DNA from: Octopus sinensis | Taxonomy: Eukaryota | DNA length: 64,000 nucleotides | Assembly: GCF_006345805.1 (NCBI RefSeq) | Contig: NC_043002.1 | Span: 28,892,001 to 28,956,000 of the forward strand | Direction of reading: 5' to 3' | Shown: positions 1-13,679 of the stretch, piece by piece | How positions within the stretch are numbered: the stretch's first letter is position 1 | Layout of the letters: each line of letters begins with the position of its first letter | Program-made: the position numbers and the translations under genes | Notes under the pieces: model-generated | Seen by the model: the letters and a program-made list of their open reading frames with translations, nothing else | Told to the model about the DNA's origin: nothing | The model's database searches: none

Positions 1-30
1 GCATGCATGTGTGTATAAATTATGTATTTC

Positions 31-1283
31 ATTATTCTGTTTATTTCAAGATTTCAACAGAGAAAGAACTGGTTTCTAATCAAGGTCCAAGACACCCTTC
101 ATTGGAATTTCAACATCAACAGCGGGGTATTTTTGTATGTATGTATGTATGTGTATGTATGTATGTATGTATGTATGTATGTATGTATGTATGTATGTAT
201 GTATGTATGTGTAGATCTGTATGTTTAATGTGTGTATTCCCATGCATATACTTGCATATCTAGACATTCTCATATATATTTAAATGATAAACTTCTAAAA
301 AGTTTTACAGATTTTTACAGTCCCAGTGGCGATTTGGATCTTTGGTCTTCGAATTAGCTTTCTCCTTTCTGGTTTTGAGAATCCTAATTTCTCAAGATTG
401 GTATTTAAGCAGTGTGTTTCATATCCCAGGGCATCCATAATTACAGGTATAAACCTGAACTTGTGATCTGGATAGAGTAACTGCTGATTTCTGAATAGTT
501 CAGTATTTTTTCACTGATCTTCAGCTTTATGTTAACATCCGCTGGACAGCTAATTTCCACAATTGTGCACAGTTTTTCTTCTCAATCCCAGATCATTATA
601 TCTGGTCTGCTGTACTTACATTTTATTGAGAGGTCTCCATTGGTATTCCAAAGTATTCCAACAATACTCCTTTTATTATGAGTGGCTATCGCTTCTACAA
701 CATTGTGGATTCTTATTTCTTTGTCCTCGGGATTATCCTTCCGACGGATTTCATTATAGAGTGTCTTAGCTACAACGTCATGTCTCGTCGGTAGATAATA
801 CCGTTATGACATTTTCGGACAACTGCTTATGATGTGGGTGATATCTTCAGTGTGAACTCCACGAATTCTGCATCGGTTGTCACATTTTGCGGCTTTTCCT
901 GCATCTCTATCCCTTTTGTTCATCAGGTACTTGGTTGATATTTCCTGTTTCTGGATTGCAAAAGCATACCCTTCAAAGTTATAGGTTGTAATCCGGCTAA
1001 TGGTCCATGATTAACTGCTTCGATGATCAATGTTACTATCATTACGGAGCTTTCTACAAACATCCATGTATAGTCTTCTGCACATATAGGATCGTCCTTC
1101 ATCTGATGATACGTTGCGGTAGAGTCGTGCGACTTCTTTGGCCATGTATTCTAGGTTATCAGACAAAGAGTGTTGCTCAAGGAGCTGCCATTCAAGTCTT
1201 GTGATGTTATCAGCCTCATGTATGCAGACTTGGTCAAGGAATGCAATTCGACACTTCGTAGTTAAAAGATATTGCAGAAGATA
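31..1283 (-). mobile_element. 5'-truncated R4/Dong-like (RLE-clade) non-LTR retrotransposon, 3' part of ORF plus 3' UTR
   Basis: Manual minus-strand translation gives FEGYAFAIQKQEISTKYL...CRIRGVHTEDITHIISSCPKMS*RYYLPTRHDVVAK (decayed CCHC knuckle plus RH motif). This is followed by SRPDIMIWD*EEKLCTIVEISCPAD (PD..E restriction-like endonuclease) and FIPVIMDALG...TGTVKICKTF*. Stops and frameshifts are present. The 3' UTR probably runs to about 31 across an internal (TACA)n tract. Confidence 0.85.
136..210. repeat. (GTAT)n microsatellite
   Basis: Direct tetranucleotide array. Confidence 0.95.
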
Positions 1284-1289
1284 TGTGTG

Positions 1290-1357
1290 TATATATGTAT
1301 GTATGTACGTATGTATGTATGTATGTATGTATGTATGTATGTATGTATGTATGTATG

Positions 1358-1405
<48 letters not shown>
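1290..1405. repeat. (GTAT)n/(AT)n compound microsatellite
   Basis: Direct array abutting the 5' truncation point of the R4-like LINE. Confidence 0.95.
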
Positions 1406-1458
1406 AAGAATGAGAGAGATTGATAGATAGAATAAATACACCGCATGTCTGTGGGAGT

Positions 1459-1506
<48 letters not shown>

Positions 1507-1739
1507 TGTGTGTGTGTGTGTGTTTGTGAGTGTGTGTGTATGTACCCGTGACTATGTGGGAAGTGTATGTACGTAGAGTAACCTATCATGACCGTTCTAG
1601 AAAAGAAATATAAACGATTGTAAAATGTATTTTTTATACGTATATTGCATATCAATGTATTTCTATATAAGGATGTAGGTGCATAAAAATAGTTATGCAT
1701 TTAGGTATTTATATATATATATATATACCTTTCTGATTA

Positions 1740-1932
<193 letters not shown>

Positions 1933-2540
1933 TTAGCTATCTATAAACATGTATATATGTACACGTATGCATATATAAGGTGTATGTGTATGTGTGTGTA
2001 TTTATTTCCATGTATGTATGTATGTATATATATATATATATCGGACATTCATATACGCAAACACACCCACACTCATACATATTTATTCACATCTCAGGAA
2101 ATATATATGGAGATCATAGTATATAAAACTAAGAATGTGTATATATATGTGTATGTACTTAGGTGTATATCTATTTATTTGTGTATCAGCACACGTGTGG
2201 CGTATTTCAATACTGCCCCTTAAATGCATGTTAATAATTTCTGGTCGAGATTTGCGTGACCAAAACTCTGTCTAGAACAGTTATCTTCATAAGTATCAAA
2301 TACACACAAATACATATTATCACACGCAAACGCACAAACCTACGTATATATATGCATATACATATACACACAAAAATGCATATATACACGCCATTAAACG
2401 TGCTGTGCACCGAGAAACATATACATACATACGTCCTGTGTTTGCCGAATGGTGAAAGATCCAATCACAAAGAATCACTGACTGCCAATATTTCTTTGCA
2501 GACAATATAAACATATTTGCATGCAAGGATTAATATATTG

Positions 2541-2648
<108 letters not shown>

Positions 2649-2656
2649 GTGTATGT

Positions 2657-2687
<31 letters not shown>

Positions 2688-3127
2688 CTCACACATATAT
2701 ATGCATACATTTATGTGTGTCTGTATATGCATATATCTTGCTGATTCGTTTCAATTCTGTGTCTCGTATTTTCTTTTCTTCCGTGTTTTCTTTCCTTTAT
2801 GTTTTGGTTTTGGTTTTTTGGTATCAAGCGGTATTCAGAATTATTAAAGACATATTTCTGTAGGCTCATGTAAGATCATGTTTTTGGCTTTTATTACAGC
2901 TTTGAATCGAAGCCTCATCCCCAAATGTATATTTCTTCGACACATGCTTACACAGACATACATAAATATACTCAACCCCAGACACATACATTACACACTC
3001 ATACGCGTGAGTATATATACCTGCATTCATCGACTATTCCATATACGTATTTATACTTGCATTGTCTGTCATTTCAATCAATCATGCCACATATGCATAT
3101 CCGTATTTGAGTGAGTGTGTCTATGTG

Positions 3128-3161
<34 letters not shown>

Positions 3162-3845
3162 CGAGCTAATCCTATTATAATATATATATATATATATATA
3201 TATGTTTCTATCTCTCTCCATATATATATATATATATATATAAATATACACATACACACTCAAACATATAATACACGTATATGTATCAGATAAGTACTGC
3301 ATAGTTGCTGGTTGTATCTTGGTGACATTTAAATGCACAGATTCAGCTAATAATGGTTCCTGTCATCGATATTCTACATGCATCAATGTTGTTTCTTATT
3401 ATTTGCATTACATTCGAGTGAATCTCTGTAAGTACGTTGCGTCTGTATGTGTGTGTGTGTGTGTGTTCTATTATATAGGTACGAATGAACTTGTTTGTAT
3501 CTAAGTATGAATGAAAGTATATTTGTAAATACCAATGAATATATTTGCGTCCGTTTCGAAATATATGTGATATAGTATAAATCTTGCAGTTTTGCAGGTG
3601 GTGATGAATGTATCTAGCTGCAATGACTAGCTGCAATGTATTACAAAAATAATGAGTATGGTATATATATTCAGGAAACATGTAGGAGTATTTTGTGTGT
3701 GTATGTGTCTATATTTATCTATCTACCTATTCATCAATACATCTATATGTACATATATCAAAGTATAAATACCTGTATGTACGCACATATATATTTATGT
3801 ACACACACATAAATATATGCATATATATATATTACATATATATAC

Positions 3846-3958
<113 letters not shown>

Positions 3959-4394
3959 AATATACACACATATATAGATTTGTGTCTGTGTGTTTGTGTA
4001 TGCGTGTGTTAATAGATAGATTTAATTTTTCCGGTTACACAAAAAAATATAATGCATAAAACTATCCAGAAACTAGTTATTTCTTATATAGCAATTTACG
4101 CATTCAGAATGGCTTCATGTTTACAAGCGTTGTGATTATTGCGTTCTTTTACGAATATTTTTAATACGAATATTTTAAATGTATATTTAGATTACTGAAG
4201 CTAACTTGATATTATGTTGAGAATGCACTTTTAATGAAGGCAGTACAATCGAAACTGAAATTAGCACAACGTAAGTCTGGTATATTATGACGTGACTGAG
4301 AAAGCTCCGAAGTGTCCAACTGTGAATAATAGATTTAGATGAAAGTACGTTAACATAAGTTATTAAATCGTGAGTTTAATGTTAAATTTTATAA

Positions 4395-4620
4395 AGGGTG
4401 CCGTGCTGGCAGAATCGTTAGCACGTCGACGAAATACTTAGCGTTATTTCGTCTGCTGTTACGTTCTGAGTTCAAATTCCGCTGAGGTCGATTTTGCCTT
4501 ACATCCTTTCGTGTTCGATTAAATAAGTACCAGTTACGCACTGGGATCGATGTAATCGGCTTCATTCCTTTGTGTGCCCCCTCAAAGTTTAGCCCACTGT
4601 GGGCAATAAAGAAATAAATA
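4395..4620 (+). mobile_element. tRNA-headed CORE-type SINE (family A)
   Basis: GCTGGCAGAATCGTTAGCA head, GAGTTCAAATTCC B-box-like motif, GCCTTACATCCTTTCG..GATTAAATAAGTACCAG core and AATAAAGAAATA tail. The same family recurs more than 15 times in the window. Confidence 0.85.
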
Positions 4621-4627
4621 TTAATAA

Positions 4628-4671
<44 letters not shown>

Positions 4672-5179
4672 TAGGATAAAAGTTATTAAATTAATAATTT
4701 ATACCAGTGTTTAGCATGCGTAATAAAAACCAGAAGACAAATATTTTTACATATAATAGTCTATAAGAATTTATACACAGAGATAATATACGGTTGAATT
4801 TATTCACTGCTGTACTACTCCTATCCTGCACGTTGGTTGAGGGCATTCGATTTGAATTCTTGATGTTTAAAGATAGAACGAAGTGCTCATCTGTTTACTT
4901 TAGGCTTTCAGTACGTATTATAGTTTCATAATTATATATTTTTCAACGACTGTACTGACGAGCCACAGATGGTTAATTAAACAATTAATTGACTAATTAA
5001 TTGATTTATTTAATCATTAATTCTGAAATTCATGGGCATAGAGTCAACTGAGATTTTTATTCAATCGAGTGTTTTTCGTGGTTTAGGTTTTGATTGCCCT
5101 CACTAGAATGTAAGGAGTCCACATGATGGTTTTCTCTCTGTGTATAAATTCTTATACACTATTATATATATATATATAT

Positions 5180-5660
5180 ATTACGAAATAGAATGAGAAA
5201 ACTACAGAAGATTTGTATTATATGGTTTAAAAATATATTAAAATCGTCATGTTAGGAAAATGATATAAAATTTTGTGTATAGTGACATTGTTTTTGGAGA
5301 AATAACCGCTTTCGCATTTTCTTTTCGAATTTCTCAAATTTCTTTGCCGATGTGTCACCTATTCGTTATAGTGTGATGTGGAAGAGTTCAAAGTAGGGAG
5401 AGGTAATCAGGGATTTTTTCGGTATAAGGGGTATAATCAAAAATGTTGGGAATGGTTAGGTTTTGTTAATTTAACATGATTTGGTTTTGATAGAATAAAA
5501 TGTTAGAAATAGCTAAGTTTTGATTTATATTTTTCAATGAAGTAGGTTTCCTTATTTAATGTAATCTGTGTTAATGTTCCAATAGCACATTGATAAAATA
5601 GAAAGATTACAGATTGTGGTAGCGGTTGTTTTGCGCATCTGTCAATGTGTTCACTAAAGG
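5180..5660 (-). mobile_element. Penelope-like element remnant (GIY-YIG endonuclease C-terminus plus downstream terminal-repeat sequence)
   Basis: 5655-5503 translates as SEHIDRCAKQPLPQSVIFLFYQCAIGTLTQITLNKETYFIEKYKSKLSYF*, which resembles the H..C....F..F....KE.YFI.K.K..L end of PLE GIY-YIG domains. Confidence 0.6.
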
Positions 5661-6849
5661 TATCATTCGGTATGATATTACGTACTTACACGATTAGTAG
5701 CAGGTACAGACAAAAGAATATTTTGCGGTACTGAATCATTTTCAATGTAGAAGTTCTATTAGGCAGCAGTACAAAAAGGAACTGTTTACCCATTGCAAAT
5801 AGATCACTGTGTGATCTTTCGACTTGATTTCTAGTATTCAAGTAATTACCATTTATCTAACCCAAAGTGCATTGGCTTCAATTTCAAGGCTTCTTAAGCA
5901 TTAGCCACTAAGAAAAAATGATAGTTTGTCCTTAGCTTTAAATTCGGGAGATTTTTTTCGATGACAACAAAGGGCCTTCAATTATCTTTTCTCTTTTTTT
6001 TCCAATATATTCCTGAAAATAAGTTCATTTTCACATTCGCGATTTTCTTCAATGGTTTGGATTTCTACCAGGAAAGCTTGAGGTATTTTGTATCTGCACC
6101 TTTTCTCTCAGCAACAGTCTTAAGAATACAACAATTAGCGCAACACTTGCCAGCAGACTAGCCCTTAATACATACAAATGTTAGATCTTCGCCATCTGCT
6201 CCCGAGAGTTAATAAAGAAACATGGCTTCTTTATCATATCTCAAAGGATAAGTTGATATAATGAAATATTATACGGATTCAACCTTACACCCACAATGTT
6301 AAGAACTTCTTTTGTTCCACTAAACTACTCAGAGAAAAAAAACATTCACTTATATTTCGGATGCTCGGACTGCTGACTTCATTGATTATTTTATATTCTT
6401 GCATTCTCCATAGTTGACATTACAGTTGATGGAAGTAAATCCATATATCTGCTACTACTAAGCAAACGCTCACAAACTTCAGTTCGGTTTCTAAACAAAA
6501 CGAAAATATTCTGTTTGTAATCGTTCAAACTGGTAAAAATGGGAATTATTTTGGCAATTTCAACAATATAAAAAAGAGTTAGAGAATAGAAGAAACAGAC
6601 AATATTGTTCAATATTTTCAATCATCCGGCAGCTGGTATACCTATTTATGTAAAAACATACCGCTAATTTATCTAAATGCCCGTCAGAGCAATGCTGAAT
6701 AGCAAATTTGAGTATCATAGGAGTATTGAATGAGAATGGTGAAGTATACCGGCTTATTACGCATCATATATTGATAGTGTCTGGGGCAATGAAAATTAGT
6801 TATACACCCGCATACTTATAAGTAACATATGCAAGCGCACACAGAGAAG

Positions 6850-6924
<75 letters not shown>

Positions 6925-6971
6925 ATATATATATACATATATATATATATAATACATATATATATATATAT

Positions 6972-7068
<97 letters not shown>

Positions 7069-8944
7069 CTATATGTATGTGTGTGTGTAGTGTTCAGAAA
7101 TAATGCGAGTTCTTGCGTTACAAAGTGTGGATATGCATAAATACATTCAAACACAAACACACGCACACGCACGCACATACGCACACACATACACACATAC
7201 ATATATGTAGACTGATATGTATATATGCATATCCATACGCATCGAATGAGCGTGTATGTATATGTCATTCCCGAATACTGACGGCTATACAAATAAATAT
7301 ACATAAATATGCAAGCTTACATGAGTATACACACACGCCCACACCCCCACTACGCACAAACACACACACACAGTAGCAGCAACAACAAAAACAACAACAC
7401 ACACACATATAGTCTAACATGAATGGCTAACTGTATATAAATAAACAGAAAGGGAATATTTTCTTTTTGAATACCTGTATGACTACATAATAAGACGCCA
7501 ACTTCAGTGGATCCGTGATCGAAATTCTGCGGACTTGCAAGCTTTGCACGAAAAGAACGACAACAGCAGCAACAATAACAGCAACAATATTGAAAATAAT
7601 AATATGAAGAAATAGAGATGGCGGAAGAAGTAGAAGTAGAAGAAGAAGAAGAAGAAAAAGAAGGAGAATGAAAGCATCGAGAATATAACTAAGGAAGATA
7701 TTAACAATACGAAAAATGAAGAATAAGAAAAGAGAATCGTTAAGGATGGTAAAAGAAGCGAAATAGGTACCAGAAATATCTACCTACCAATGTTTCGTAA
7801 AAATGGTTTTTGACATCGATTCTCAGATAGTTCCTGCAGCTCTCTGTGGGCATTCGTCTATTATTAAGTGAATTAGCCAAAGCTTGCTATATCTGCCTTT
7901 TGATTCCACTCTTATATTCTTTGCTTTTTAGATTCTTTTCATTACCAGAAGAAAATAATGCCATTTCACTTTTGAAAGCAGAATAGCTTCCCAAAGAAAA
8001 TGGTTGGGCAAAAATTGTTCATCTTCCATCCGAGAATGCTAAAAAATGAGATAGCTGCTAAGGATATACGAAACATAGTATACAATATACATAAGGAAAT
8101 TAATGTGTGTATGTAATTACACACATAAACACACGCACATTCACACACGCACGCACACGCGAACATCTGTGCACGAATCGATGTGCGTGTATGGGGGCAC
8201 ACACGCACACATACATACATGTCCTCCACACACGCACACACACACAAATGTATATTTCTAAAAATATAGACACAGGAACATACACATTCCGCTCCCATAT
8301 TACAAAGAACAGACGCACAAACACACACATATATAATTATGTGTGTATGTGTGTGTGAGTATCTGTGTGTGTGTGTATATATGCATGTAGTATATATGTA
8401 CTTGGATCCATAAATGTACTTATGCACACTGATACACACATCTATATAGATACACACACAAACCTGCAGGTACATATATATATATACACATATATATATA
8501 TATATACGTATGTATGTATATATATATACATACATGTATATGTATATATATATATATACATATATATATGTATGTATGTGTATATATACATATATGTATG
8601 TATATATATGTATGTATACATATATGTATATATATACATATATATTTATGTATGTACGTATATATATACATATATGTATATATATATATGTATATATATA
8701 TATATACATACATATATATATATTATATATATAGCAATAATAATTATCTAAAAGAGATATAGACAGTAACTGCTCGATAACATAAGGGACTAAAGCCATC
8801 TGAATATGGCTAGGGACAGGGCCGGGTGGTGGGGGTGTTACTGTTGCATTTAGCCCCAGGCGAACATCGACGTCGCCAGATAGGCTTGACACCATCACGG
8901 TGTCTTTAACCTGCAAAGGGAGATAATTCCCCGATGAAGCGGAA

Positions 8945-8996
8945 ACCACACACGGACCATGGTTTCAAGGTGTATTGCCTATCGTCAACGTGTGGT
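8945..8996 (-). ncRNA. Minimal type I hammerhead ribozyme (C3U variant)
   Basis: Minus strand reads CACACG-TTGACGA-tAGG caataca CCTt-GAAA-C CATG GTC-CGTGTG: 6-bp stem I, palindromic stem III ACCATGGT and a GUC triplet. Confidence 0.68.
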
Positions 8997-9322
8997 AGGC
9001 CTCCGCTTCCTCGGTGGTTTCCGTTCATCGGGGAATTATCTCCCTTTGCAGGTTAAAGGACACCGTGATGTGTCAAGCCTATCTGGCGACGTCGATGTTC
9101 GCCTGGGGCTAAATGCAACAGTAACACCCCCACCACCCTGCCCTGTCCCTAGCCATATTCAGATGGCTTTAGTCCCTTATGTTATCGAGCAGTTACTGTA
9201 TATCTCTTTTAGAGAATTATTATTGCTGTCGAACAGATTTTCGAAATCAGCAAATGTATTTTGCTTGAAAATCTATATATGATATCCTGCAGAGTGAGAT
9301 TTCGTCGAGGAAGCGGAGGCCT

Positions 9323-9373
9323 ACCACACGTGACGATAGGCAATACACCTTGAAACCATGGTCCGTGTGTGGT
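9323..9373 (+). ncRNA. Minimal type I hammerhead ribozyme (core position 3 deleted; probably inactive relic)
   Basis: CACACG(9325-9330)-TGACGA-tAGG caataca CCTt-GAAA(9352-9355)-CCATG-GTC(9361-9363)-CGTGTG. Predicted cleavage is after C9363. Confidence 0.65.
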
Positions 9374-9532
9374 TTCCGCTTCATCGGGGAATTATCTCCC
9401 TTTGCAGGTTAAAGGACACCGTGATGGTGTCAAGCCTATCTGGCGACGTCGATGTTCGCCTGGGGCTAAATGCAACAGTAACACCACCCTGCCCTGTCCC
9501 TAGCCATATTCAGATGGCTTTAGTCCCTTATG

Positions 9533-9603
<71 letters not shown>

Positions 9604-10173
9604 CACACACGGGGAGATAACGTGGACAGCACGAAAGAAAGGGAAAGAAACAAAAGAAAGAAGAAATATTGAGAGAGGAAGCAGGGAAGAGAAAGAAGGA
9701 AGAAGATCAGAGAATAGGTGGAAAAGGACTGGAAGAGGGAGACAAGAACAGAAAGAGTAAGAATCGGAAAGACAGTAAAGCAAGAAAACCTACACGGGGT
9801 TAAGCTCCAGGACGCATCTCATTGGCTGAAGCCTGGATGACGTATATATGTGTAAAGTACAAAAAAGAACCAAGCGCATGTGTAAATTAGGCTAAAATGG
9901 GGATGAAGTGGATTTGCTGAAATGGGATGAAGATGACTCGTGTGTATTAAGGGAACATTATGTCATAATAACCGTTTATTTTGTAAAAGCCATGTTTCAA
10001 GGAGATACCTGAGTGCATGCTTACGTCCCGAAATTACTTTTTACTGAAAAAGCACATCATGTGCATCTGCATACAAACGCACGCAAACACAGGCACACAC
10101 ACACATATTTACACAGATATACACTTTTCCTTCGAATTTTATATTACAGACATGTGTGCACACATATATACGC

Positions 10174-10227
<54 letters not shown>

Positions 10228-10694
10228 GATCTAACACTCATCTTACATTATATACAAACTCGTATCTATGTCTATCTACTGCATCCCAGACTCTTATCAG
10301 TTCATAGAATCCGTGTTATCTCGAACGTTATTGTATACAGGACGTTTCTCCACACCACGCTACGCTTCGAGATCTGAATGTGGCATGTGGTTTACCAATA
10401 TAATATGCTAGAGAGCTTTTACTTTTCTCTTGGAGTATAGTGTTCCTTTCGTTACATTTTTCATAATGTTCATGCTGCGTCTTGTGTGTCTCACGCAGGT
10501 ATTTTTTTCAACATTTTGCATTATAACATTCGTAAATTAGGGTGCGTAATAATGGACCATAAAGTACATTTTCCGAAGACACTCACTTCTCTCAAGCCCA
10601 AATAACGACAAGGTCTCGTTCCCAGTAATCTAGTTCGCCACGGAATCTCCTATTACTACTGACTTACAGCTGTATTCGGTTATCAAAGTAAAAC

Positions 10695-10770
<76 letters not shown>

Positions 10771-10796
10771 ATATCTATCAATCAATCAATCAATCA

Positions 10797-10882
<86 letters not shown>
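10695..10882. repeat. (ATCT)n/(ATCA)n microsatellite
   Basis: Direct array. Confidence 0.95.
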
Positions 10883-11148
10883 TTGTCTGTCTACTTATGT
10901 TAAAATTGTACGTGTATATAGTTGAATTTTATCTTTTGATTTTAAAATGCCGATCAATCTATCAATTCATTAATCTATCCCTTCATCCATCCGTCCTTCC
11001 GTCCGCCTGTCTGTTTGTCTGTTTATCTGTGTATCTGTCTGTCTGTCTGATGTCTGTTTGCTTGATTTTCTGCCTGTCTATTTTTTGTTATATAGAGACG
11101 AATTCTATCTTTTGATTTTAAAATGCCGATCAGCCTATCAATTTATTC

Positions 11149-11251
<103 letters not shown>

Positions 11252-11343
11252 GATCTATCTATCTATCTCTCGATCTATCTGTCTGTCTGTCTGTCAGTCT
11301 CTGTATTGTTCTCTCTCTCTCTCTTTCTCTCTCTCTATGTATG

Positions 11344-11376
<33 letters not shown>

Positions 11377-12067
11377 ATGTGTGTATGTGTGTGTATGTGT
11401 GTGTGTGTGTGTGTGAATACACAAGAAATTGGTTGCTGTAGTCTCTGTAGGTTGTCATGTGTCAAGCATTAATAGGTCCGCAGTAAATCATCAATCAAAC
11501 AACTATTCCATCAACGCCACTCTATCATACAACGAATCACGGTGATTATAGCCATAAAAGTGTGATATATCAAAATATTAATCGCTGCATTTGATATCAT
11601 CAATCAATAATGGAGTAATTTTATAAACACCAGGCTATCGTACATTGACCTTAATATCGGCAAACAGCCATGTGTTATCATTAAACATTAACAATATGAA
11701 ATACCCATTGCGTCTATAAGTAGCATTTAATCAGAAGACGGATCTTAACTGCAAGCAGAAGGAGCCTTAATCGGAATGAACCGTCACTCCTCCTACCGCA
11801 ACGAATCCATTGCCGCCATTATTATCAACGCAACTCACTAGCAGCAGCAACTACTTTCACCATCAGTGTCAACAATCTATCAAAATATTAAGAGACGTCA
11901 GTGATAATAATAAACGATTTCTTGCTTTTCCTGAAAGGGCAGAGATTTGTATAGAGAATGGGGAAGAAAACTGAACGTTATGGGTCATGCTTTTCTCATT
12001 GTCGAAAGTATGTTGTGCTAATAGAAATAATGATATCTTTATTGTATTTTCCATTACTAATGATTTA

Positions 12068-12464
12068 CGTGGCATGGCTGACGGTATGTGCATCTCTGAT
12101 CACGAGCAGAAGTAGTGGGGGAGCATCATAGCCATGTGCTGAGAAGAATTCTTTGGGGTTTGGATAATTCACCTCTGGAAACATGGCTGTTCTGTTCAAC
12201 ATCCTTAAGCAACTCTTATTCAGAAACCTTTTGAGCAGGATTGTCTACTCGACCTGAAGAAAATTCTAACTGGGCCCCACCTACAAGGACATGCACTGTT
12301 TATCTTGACAGGAGATCGCCATGTCGCGCACATATGGTAGTGATGCATGTGACTGGTGTACCCTTATCAGACGGGTAGTCATGATGGGTATACTTAGCTT
12401 CGTATATTTTGCCCCAGTGTCACTTTGATGGCATGCACTGCTCTCTCACTGAATAATAATAATA
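12068..12464 (+). mobile_element. Probable 3' end/3' UTR of a non-LTR retrotransposon with (AAT)n tail
   Basis: Complex, GC-richer segment ending ...GCACTGCTCTCTCACTG followed by (AAT)n. It resembles an octopus LINE 3' end as I recall it; the clade is not determinable here. Confidence 0.5.
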
Positions 12465-12480
12465 AAATAGTAATAATATT

Positions 12481-12697
12481 AATCCTTTCTACTATAGGCA
12501 CAAATCCTGAATTTCGGGGGAGGAAGTAAGTCGATTACATCGATTCCAGTACTCAATTGTTACTTTATTTTATCGATCCCGAAACAATGAAGGGCAAAGT
12601 CGACCTCGGCGGAATTTGAACTCAGAACGTAAAATCAAATGAAAAGCCGCTAATCCTTTTTCCTAGCGTTCTAACGACTCTTCACCTTGCCGCCTTA
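12481..12697 (-). mobile_element. CORE-type SINE (family A)
   Basis: Reverse complement of the family A head and core; lies tail-to-tail with the LINE end across a shared AAT tract. Confidence 0.8.
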
Positions 12698-13679
12698 TGA
12701 CAGCAATAAGAGTAATTTCTTTTATTTGTTATCAAATAAAGAAGATATTATAAAGGCAGTTTACAATGTGCATGGGTTCTTAAAAAAAATGAGGTGAGAG
12801 AATGGAGAAAAGACGGTGAAATGAGATAAGAGTATAGATAATACACCAAGTGAGTGAGCATACGAAAGTGTAATCCTCCTCCTACAGGACGACCTCCAAC
12901 TAGGCCAAATCCTAAGATCGCCATACATCCTAAGGGTAAATCCTAAGATCGCCATACACTGACTACTAGTGTATTAATGTGCATCTATCTATTTGTTTGG
13001 ATTTATACACATAGAGTGAAACTCGGTGATTAGGCAAAAATGTAATACCATATACTAAAAAGGCTAAAAGTTTTGATTGAGGAAACGAAGAAAATATCAA
13101 TCTCGTCACATGTATCTGGTGAGAAAACCATGATACCGTCCGACTTCCTATTCGATGATAATCTTCGAATTACATTCTTCGAACTTACCAGTCAGCACCA
13201 AGCCATAGAGCCCCTCACATCCTCCGTGCACCTCATCTTTAGCAGTTGCTAGATTTATTGGTATTCTGTGTCATTTTAGGTAAATGTTAATAAATTTGCT
13301 GTTTAGTTAATCGCCATATATCAACTCCATAACCAGGACACCATTTCTCCATTCTTCTTGTTCTTCATCAGTTACTTCAGCATTTGCCTTATGTCCTCGC
13401 TACTGATTCAGGCACCCGGGGTGTCCAACTTCTGCAGGCAGACAGTGAAAATAATCTATAACATACTCTCCCCCAAAATGTTTTGAATAAGATAGATGGA
13501 TCTTTACAAAGAACAATCCAATTCCTGTTGTGGAAAGGTATATACTCAAGTAATACTATGAATCAAACCAGCACATTGTTGATGAGAGTGTATGGATCAT
13601 TCCAAGATACAGAAAAAGAAACAAAATAGTACACTGCGAGTGACCTGAATAACTGATAGAAAATTTAGATTATAATAAT

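Larger units (their letters stand above)
8734..9536. mobile_element. Non-autonomous hammerhead-bearing element: inverted copy (8734-9013) plus head-to-tail tandem copies of a ~355-bp unit (9014-9368, 9369-9536)
   Basis: 8734-8949 is the near-perfect reverse complement of 9014-9226, and 9306-9536 is the reverse complement of 8777-9013. GTGGTTTCC recurs at 9014 and 9369 (period 355). There is no coding capacity. Confidence 0.75.

Noticed and set aside
3341-3433. Possible exon ending at GTAAGT (~3428)
   Set aside because: Weak acceptor, no recognisable peptide, and no supporting neighbouring exons.
7966-8949. 327-aa minus-strand ORF
   Set aside because: Runs through (AT)n/(GTAT)n tracts, and its N-terminus is simply the non-coding inverted repeat.
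8734-9226. Interpretation as a DNA-transposon MITE with long TIRs or as a CRISPR-like array
   Set aside because: A third direct copy and tandem periodicity, no TSD, and no spacer structure.
9815-9850. CCAAT(rev)+TGACGT+TATA promoter-like cluster; also ATGCAAAT+GC box near 39083
   Set aside because: Short motifs expected by chance, and no downstream gene or snRNA is visible.
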